Assembly (NCBI GenBank): GCA_902384455.1 | Contig: CABMCB010000009.1 | Coordinates: forward strand, 1-51,308 | Source: an uncultured archaeon | GTDB lineage: Archaea; Altiarchaeota; Altiarchaeia; IMC4; SCGC-AAA252-I15 | Length of the DNA: 51,308 nucleotides | Direction: 5' to 3' | Part shown: positions 45,579-51,308 of the stretch, one piece after another | How positions within the stretch are numbered: position 1 is the stretch's first letter | Layout: each line of letters begins with the position of its first letter | The notes under the pieces: model-generated | Seen by the model: the letters and a program-made list of their open reading frames with translations, nothing else | What the model was told of the DNA's origin: nothing | The model's database searches: none | Position numbers and translations under genes: made by a program

Positions 45579-47132
45579 ATGACTTCAGTCTGCTTGTATT
45601 TCGAGGTCCACCAGCCGTTTAGGCTGAAATGGTTTTGGCCGGCCTCCGACGCGCCTCAAACCTCGCTTGAGGACCGCTACTTCGACGCGCCCCTGAACGA
45701 GTTCACCTTCAAGAAGGTCGCAGGCAAATGCTACTGGCCCGCAAACACCACAATACTCAACAACATAGACTACTTCAAGGGAAGCAAAAAAAAGTTCAAA
45801 TGCGCCTACAGCATCACAGGCGTTCTATTGGAGCAGGCCGAGCGCTGGGACAAAGACCTCCTTGAGACTTGGAAGCAGATGGCGGAGTCCGGCTGCGTGG
45901 AATTCCTCGACGAAACATACCACCACAGCCTCGCCAGCTTGTTCGACAACCACGTGGAATTCACCGAGCAGATACTTCTGCACAAGCAGAAAATGAAGGA
46001 CTTGCTGGGGTACACGCCGACAGTCTTCAGAAACACCGAACTACTATACCACGACAACATCGCAGAAACAATAGAGCAGCTGGGATACAAGGCGATTCTC
46101 ACCGAAGGAATAGAACGCATACTCGAAGGATGGAGGAGCCCAAACTACGTCTACAAAAGAGCAGGCGGAGACCTCAAAGTCCTACTTAGAAACTACCAGC
46201 TATCCGACGACATAGGATACCGCTTCTCGGCCAAATGGTGGAGCGAGTACCCGCTGACGGCAGAAAAATACAGCGCGTGGCTTTCGGCGACGTCAGGCGA
46301 CACAATCAACGTTTTCATGGACTATGAGACGTTCGGCGAACACCACTGGGAGGACACGGGCATATTCGCGTTCCTTGCGGCGCTCCCCGGTGAAATACTT
46401 AAGTGGGAGCACATGGAGTTCAACACGCCCTCAGAGGTCATAGAAAAATACCAGCCGGTGGGCGAAATACGCGTCCCATGGTACGAAACCGTCTGCTGGG
46501 CGGACATGGAAAGAGACACGTCAGCGTGGCTGGGCAACCACATGCAGCAGCTCTCGTTCACCCTCCTTAAGCAGCTGGAGAAGCCGGTGAAGGAATCCCG
46601 CAACCCCGAATTCATAGAAACATGGAGGAAACTGCTTACAGGCGACCACCTATACTACCAGTGCACCAAAGGATGGGGCGACGGAGACGTACACACATAC
46701 TTCAGCCACCACGGAACACCACACGACGCAGCAATAAACCTCCTTGCAATACTCGGAGACTTCCGAGAAAAAGTAGCCGCATACAACGCCGCACGAAAGA
46801 CACCGCCTACCATACCCGCGCCGCCGATGACGCCTTACATACCTAAGCCGGAACTCACTTTCAAGCCTCCTGAAAAAGAGGCGCCACCGCAAATTCAATC
46901 CCCTTACCTGCCCGAAAAAACGCCCGCAAAAAAAGAAACACCCCAAAAAGAAGACGAACAATCTTTCACCAAAAAATACGGCACAATCAAAGGCATGTCA
47001 GAAGCCGCCCAATACAAAAAGCCGGAAGTAGACATACAAAAATACAAAATCCGCTCCCAAAGCACAAAACACCACACACCAATGCTCGACGACATACTGA
47101 AGAAAAGGCACGAAAAAGAAAGGAAGAAATAA
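45579..47132 (+). CDS. GH57 alpha-amylase family protein with Pro/Lys-rich C-terminal tail
   Basis: YFEVHQP, ETYHHSL, FRNTEL, LSDDIGYRFS, MDYETFGEH, WADMERD.SAWLGN, DHLYY. Confidence 0.92.
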   Translation: MTSVCLYFEVHQPFRLKWFWPASDAPQTSLEDRYFDAPLNEFTFKKVAGKCYWPANTTILNNIDYFKGSKKKFKCAYSITGVLLEQAERWDKDLLETWKQMAESGCVEFLDETYHHSLASLFDNHVEFTEQILLHKQKMKDLLGYTPTVFRNTELLYHDNIAETIEQLGYKAILTEGIERILEGWRSPNYVYKRAGGDLKVLLRNYQLSDDIGYRFSAKWWSEYPLTAEKYSAWLSATSGDTINVFMDYETFGEHHWEDTGIFAFLAALPGEILKWEHMEFNTPSEVIEKYQPVGEIRVPWYETVCWADMERDTSAWLGNHMQQLSFTLLKQLEKPVKESRNPEFIETWRKLLTGDHLYYQCTKGWGDGDVHTYFSHHGTPHDAAINLLAILGDFREKVAAYNAARKTPPTIPAPPMTPYIPKPELTFKPPEKEAPPQIQSPYLPEKTPAKKETPQKEDEQSFTKKYGTIKGMSEAAQYKKPEVDIQKYKIRSQSTKHHTPMLDDILKKRHEKERKK

Positions 47133-47136
47133 GCAA

Positions 47137-48312
47137 TCAAGACAGCGAAGCGACTTTCTCGTAAACCTTCAGGTACTGCTTGGCTATCTCTTTCCAGTCG
47201 TATTTCTCGACTTCCTTCTTGGCGTTTGCGCCCATCTGGCGTATTCCCGTGCCGTCGTCGCCCAACAGATAGTTGATGCCCCAGGCGATGCTTTCAGGCG
47301 TCTGATAAACCTTAACCCCAGTCCTAAAGTTGTCTATAATCTCCCCCGGACCCCCAGTGTCGCAGGCAACAACCGGCTTGCCCGCAGCCCAACCCTCAAG
47401 AGTAACTATCCCAAACGGCTCGTTCCTGCTGGGAACGCAGACTATGTCGCAGGCCTTAAACAGGCGTACGCGCTCTTCGTCGCTTATGTATCCGAGCACG
47501 CGCAGGGAGTGTTCTACGCCCAGGTATCTGCCTCTTCCGTGTATGTGTCCTGTCATGTCGCCGCTTCCGGCGAAAATGAATTTGGCGTCAGGACGCCGCG
47601 CCAAAACGTAAGGCACCGCCTCCAGAAGCAAGTCCGGCCCCTTCTGGTGCGTCAGCCGGCCGATGAAGAATATGACGGGCGCAAGAGGGTGAATGTGGTA
47701 TTTTTCCTTGACGCGCCCCGCATCCACAAACCCCCCGAACCGGCTTAAGTCAATGCCGTTGTATATGACGTTCATCTTGTCCCAGGGAATCCGGTACTCG
47801 TTGCTCAACTCCTGCCGCATAGCGTGGCTCACAGTAGTCACAGCCGAAGACAAATAGCCGCCCAACCACTCCCTGTGAGTAATCCGGCCCGTCCACCAGT
47901 TGTCGTGATGAGCGTTCCCGTTGCGGCCGTACTCCGTGCTATGGCAAGTCCAGACGAAACGCCGCCCGCTCATATGCTTCAAATTAGCCGCAGCATTCAC
48001 AGTATGCCAATCATGCGAGTGGATTATGTCGAAGCGGCCGTAAGTGCGTTCGGCCCAGTGGAAGCATGAGACTGCGCTGTCGCAGAAGTGGTCCATGTAC
48101 TCTATGAAGTCTTCGCAGGCGGGTGTTACGCAGCGGTGCTCGTAAACGCCGTTGATTTTCTCGTGCTCCAGCTTGCCTTCGGAAATCCGAGTGAAAACGT
48201 GAACTTCATGGCCAAGCACAGCAAGCGCCTCGGACAGTTGGGTGACTACGGCCGCGACTCCGCCTACGGGAATGCTGTTTTTTGTTTCCCAGGAGAAAAA
48301 TGCGATTCTCAA
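47137..48312 (-). CDS. GT4 glycosyltransferase (glycogen-related)
   Basis: Likely TTG start after a G-rich SD (RIAFFSWE). VGG, HSHDWH, HSTEYGR, GRLTHQKG, PSRNEPFGIV.LE. Confidence 0.9.
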   Translation of the reverse strand: MRIAFFSWETKNSIPVGGVAAVVTQLSEALAVLGHEVHVFTRISEGKLEHEKINGVYEHRCVTPACEDFIEYMDHFCDSAVSCFHWAERTYGRFDIIHSHDWHTVNAAANLKHMSGRRFVWTCHSTEYGRNGNAHHDNWWTGRITHREWLGGYLSSAVTTVSHAMRQELSNEYRIPWDKMNVIYNGIDLSRFGGFVDAGRVKEKYHIHPLAPVIFFIGRLTHQKGPDLLLEAVPYVLARRPDAKFIFAGSGDMTGHIHGRGRYLGVEHSLRVLGYISDEERVRLFKACDIVCVPSRNEPFGIVTLEGWAAGKPVVACDTGGPGEIIDNFRTGVKVYQTPESIAWGINYLLGDDGTGIRQMGANAKKEVEKYDWKEIAKQYLKVYEKVASLS

Positions 48313-48399
48313 CCCCCCTAACCCCCACCTTGTTCTTAAGGGATGTGAGCGGGGCAATAAAAAGGCGGAAACGCTTTTTTCTAGTTTACGCATATTGTA

Positions 48400-51117
48400 A
48401 TGGAGATGGGTTTCTGGGAGGCGTTTTGGGTTTTGATTCTGCTTGTTACTGCGGCGTCCCTATCTTCCGCTGCCGACTGTGGGGGAGCCGTGTCCTGCGG
48501 CTGCGGCGATACGGTGACCTCTGATTATGTACTGGCCGACGACTTGCAGTGTCTTGGAGATGCGTTGTCGGTGGGCGCCGACGATGTCACGTTGGACTGC
48601 GGGTTGCATAGGATTTCGGGCAACAGGTCCGGTTGTGGCATAGTGCTTTCGGACGTTGCGGGAGTGACAGTCAAGAACTGTGTTGTCGCGAATTTCACTT
48701 ACGGGATATTAGTCGAGTCTTCTGTAATTCCAACAACGACCACCACGACCACTACGACAACAACCACGACAATACCTCATGGTGGTTATTCTGTTCAAGG
48801 GCTTACCCGAAATTCCTCCGAGCATAACTTGATCTTAAACAACACGTTGGAGTCGGACTTTTTCGGCATATACCTTATTGGTTCGTCAAACAACACTCTG
48901 TCAAACAACACCATAACTTACAGGAACCTTTCTGGGTTATGCGGGCAGCCGTACTATACTTGGGTCGGTATGAACGGCTTTTTGTGGTGCGGGAATCTGT
49001 CGCAGATTACCGGCATATATTTGAATCAGTCCGAAGAGAACATGATTTCAGGGAATACAGTCGACTACGGGAACGCAAGCTTCTACACCCCCTACGGAGG
49101 CGGCACAATCGACGGGTTTATCGGCTACGGAATTTACTTGAATTCTTCAAGTAAGAACAACATTTCGGGGAATGTCGTGACCCTCTCTTACTTCAACCTT
49201 ACTGGGGGGAATTCGATTGTGAACGTTGTCGCGGTGATGTTAGGGTACTCCCAGGAAAACCGCATTGAAAACAACCGCGTAGATTTCGGTGACGGCGAAG
49301 TCCAGTCTTCCAATATAATGTATGGGATTAGTCTACGCGTATCGGATAATAACGTCATACTCAACAACACCGTAACCGGCGGGAACTTTTCTATATCCTA
49401 CGTCTACCTGGGAAGTTCTGTGTTTGTATACGGGATTTCCCTGTCAGAAGCTTCGCGAAATAACATGATAGCTGAGAACAACGTCACATCGGCGTCTAAA
49501 GGAATTCAGTTGAGTACTCTGGCTTCATCCAACACCATCCGCTCAAATAGCCTAAAATACAATGCATACGGAATTTCCTGCGGAGAATCGTCTTACGCGC
49601 ACAACAACACCATTGAAAACAACACGTTGCAGTTCAACTCCAACACCGGCATTAGCGTTAACGGCGAAAACAATACCGTACGCTGGAACAACCTGAGTTC
49701 AAACGCGGACGCAATCACCGTCAGCGACAAAAACAACGTCGTAGACGCAAACACACTCTTGTCAAATGAAGGCAACGGAATATCAGCAATCGGTAACACC
49801 ATAATATCAAATAACGCCGTCTTAAACAACGCCGGCTACGGCATATACACCACCACCTGCACCCCCGGCCAATTCGGTCAATACTCCCCCACGTGCATAC
49901 TGATCGAAAACAATACCGTCTACTCAAACGGCCTGTACGGGATATACGCTGCGCGGGGCATGATTAAGCTCAATAATGTGACGTCGAACTACGGCGGAGG
50001 AATTTTCATAAGGGACGGTTCTGCAGTCGAAAACAAAATCAACTTTAATTTAGGCGACGGATTACTCGCATACTTTTGTTCTACCTGCAACATAACCCAA
50101 AACACTCTTAACTCAAACTCATACGGCGGAATCACCCTCCTAGCCTCAAGATACGACAGCGTAGAGAACAACGTAGTTGTTGGAGGCAAATACGGGATAT
50201 TGTTGACAATATCAACATGGAACCTAGGCTCAGAGGGCATATCCACGAATAACATGGTGCGAAACAACACCGTCATTTCAAGCAGTACCGGAATCGCCAG
50301 TCTAACTTACGCCTCCTACGAAAACACGGTGGTAAACAATACCATAACCGGAAACCAATCAATCCCAAGATACCCTCACTCCGGCATATCCATACAATAC
50401 AGCTACGGACTCAACAAAATCCTGGACAACAAAGTGTCCAACGAAGGATACGGAATCTACGTGGAAAACTCAAAGACCAACACAATAGCCGGCAACACAG
50501 TCAACACAAGCGAATACGGACTCTACCTATACGGAACCGCAAACAGCAACACCATAGAAAACAACACAATGAACTACAACTCATACGGAATATCCATAAG
50601 CGACTACTCCAACACAAACCGAATCAAACGGAACACGCTGACAAACAACACATACGGCATCCAAGCAATAACATCAAGCAACAACACTTTACGGGACAAC
50701 AACATCACGGAAGGGCAAACCGGCATTTACATAATGCTATCCTCAAATAACACATTAGCCAACAACACAGTACGCCTAAACGAAGACGGAGTCCAATTCG
50801 TTTTTTCGTCAAACAACAACCGAATGGAAAACAACACGATAACATCAAACAACCAAAACGGGATATACATAGCCAACTCATCCGGAAACGGCCTAAACGG
50901 AAACGTAGTCTGCTTCAGCAACCAAACGCTCGGCTACTACGACATACAAAACCAAATGCCAAACAGCGGCTCAGGAAACACATGCGACTACTACCAAAAC
51001 TGGAACGACACAGGCGCAATCGGATGCGCACGCCGCTGCACCTACTCCACAAGCCAGACGCTAACTTTAAACCCCGGATGGAACCTCATAGCCATATGTC
51101 AGGAAACACCCGCATAA
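48400..51117 (+). CDS. Secreted right-handed beta-helix (NosD/CASH) surface protein
   Basis: Signal peptide, CGCGD..DVTLDC cap, many GI.L..S.NN.I..N repeats, C-terminal GNTC and GWNLI. Confidence 0.88.
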   Translation: MEMGFWEAFWVLILLVTAASLSSAADCGGAVSCGCGDTVTSDYVLADDLQCLGDALSVGADDVTLDCGLHRISGNRSGCGIVLSDVAGVTVKNCVVANFTYGILVESSVIPTTTTTTTTTTTTTIPHGGYSVQGLTRNSSEHNLILNNTLESDFFGIYLIGSSNNTLSNNTITYRNLSGLCGQPYYTWVGMNGFLWCGNLSQITGIYLNQSEENMISGNTVDYGNASFYTPYGGGTIDGFIGYGIYLNSSSKNNISGNVVTLSYFNLTGGNSIVNVVAVMLGYSQENRIENNRVDFGDGEVQSSNIMYGISLRVSDNNVILNNTVTGGNFSISYVYLGSSVFVYGISLSEASRNNMIAENNVTSASKGIQLSTLASSNTIRSNSLKYNAYGISCGESSYAHNNTIENNTLQFNSNTGISVNGENNTVRWNNLSSNADAITVSDKNNVVDANTLLSNEGNGISAIGNTIISNNAVLNNAGYGIYTTTCTPGQFGQYSPTCILIENNTVYSNGLYGIYAARGMIKLNNVTSNYGGGIFIRDGSAVENKINFNLGDGLLAYFCSTCNITQNTLNSNSYGGITLLASRYDSVENNVVVGGKYGILLTISTWNLGSEGISTNNMVRNNTVISSSTGIASLTYASYENTVVNNTITGNQSIPRYPHSGISIQYSYGLNKILDNKVSNEGYGIYVENSKTNTIAGNTVNTSEYGLYLYGTANSNTIENNTMNYNSYGISISDYSNTNRIKRNTLTNNTYGIQAITSSNNTLRDNNITEGQTGIYIMLSSNNTLANNTVRLNEDGVQFVFSSNNNRMENNTITSNNQNGIYIANSSGNGLNGNVVCFSNQTLGYYDIQNQMPNSGSGNTCDYYQNWNDTGAIGCARRCTYSTSQTLTLNPGWNLIAICQETPA
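48733..48771 (+). repeat. ACN codon run encoding Thr13
   Basis: aca acg acc acc acg acc act acg aca aca acc acg aca. Confidence 0.9.
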
Positions 51118-51146
51118 AACATAACCAAAAAACCAAAACAACGCCC

Positions 51147-51308
51147 ATGAAACAAAAAATACTGACTGCAACAGCGGCGCTCATATGCATCACATACCTA
51201 ATCTCCCTAGCCATCCCCCAAAGCGGGCCGACCCAAAACATAAACCCTCAAGCACCCGCCGCAGACCAAAAAACCCTCTCGCTCACAGCCCGCGGAAACC
51301 TGAACGCC
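51147..51308 (+). CDS. 5' end of a secreted protein (partial)
   Basis: MKQKILTATAALICITYLISLAIPQ..., open to the window end. Confidence 0.6.
   Translation, partial: MKQKILTATAALICITYLISLAIPQSGPTQNINPQAPAADQKTLSLTARGNLNA

Noticed and set aside
48800-51000. AAC-rich quasi-repeats considered as CRISPR or DGR template/variable repeats
   Set aside because: Explained by Asn-rich beta-helix coding; no identical spaced repeats, no near-identical repeat pair and no reverse transcriptase seen.

Overview
Archaeal chromosomal window. Markers include archaeal TyrRS, GatB, stand-alone Bud32, Trm11, UPF0147 and type II GAPDH. An uncultured Altiarchaeota/DPANN-type lineage is my inference, not something shown. 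Blocks in order: (1) tandem paralogues, the complete one with a degenerate Mrr-type nuclease domain (1-1657); (2) an ion/osmotic cassette with a P3A H+-ATPase, two CPA antiporters, a CaCA exchanger and a GpgS-HAD fusion (1726-9109); (3) housekeeping genes interleaved with orphans, including a stop-split methyltransferase and a tandem pair of SelO/kinase-like proteins that share an upstream motif (9199-21060); (4) an ACT / PEP-utiliser / enolase / HAD operon whose two PEP enzymes both have altered active sites (21120-24645), my best candidate for an undescribed pathway; (5) an AT-richer island of secreted proteins with a subtilase (24893-29799); (6) a GAPDH-aminotransferase-FBPase/IMPase-LysE operon, more orphans, and redox/metal/repair genes; (7) a glycogen cluster (GT3, GH133, GH57, GT4) and a beta-helix surface protein. 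No rRNA, tRNA, CRISPR or transposase was seen. All calls come from reading motifs by eye; no searches were run.
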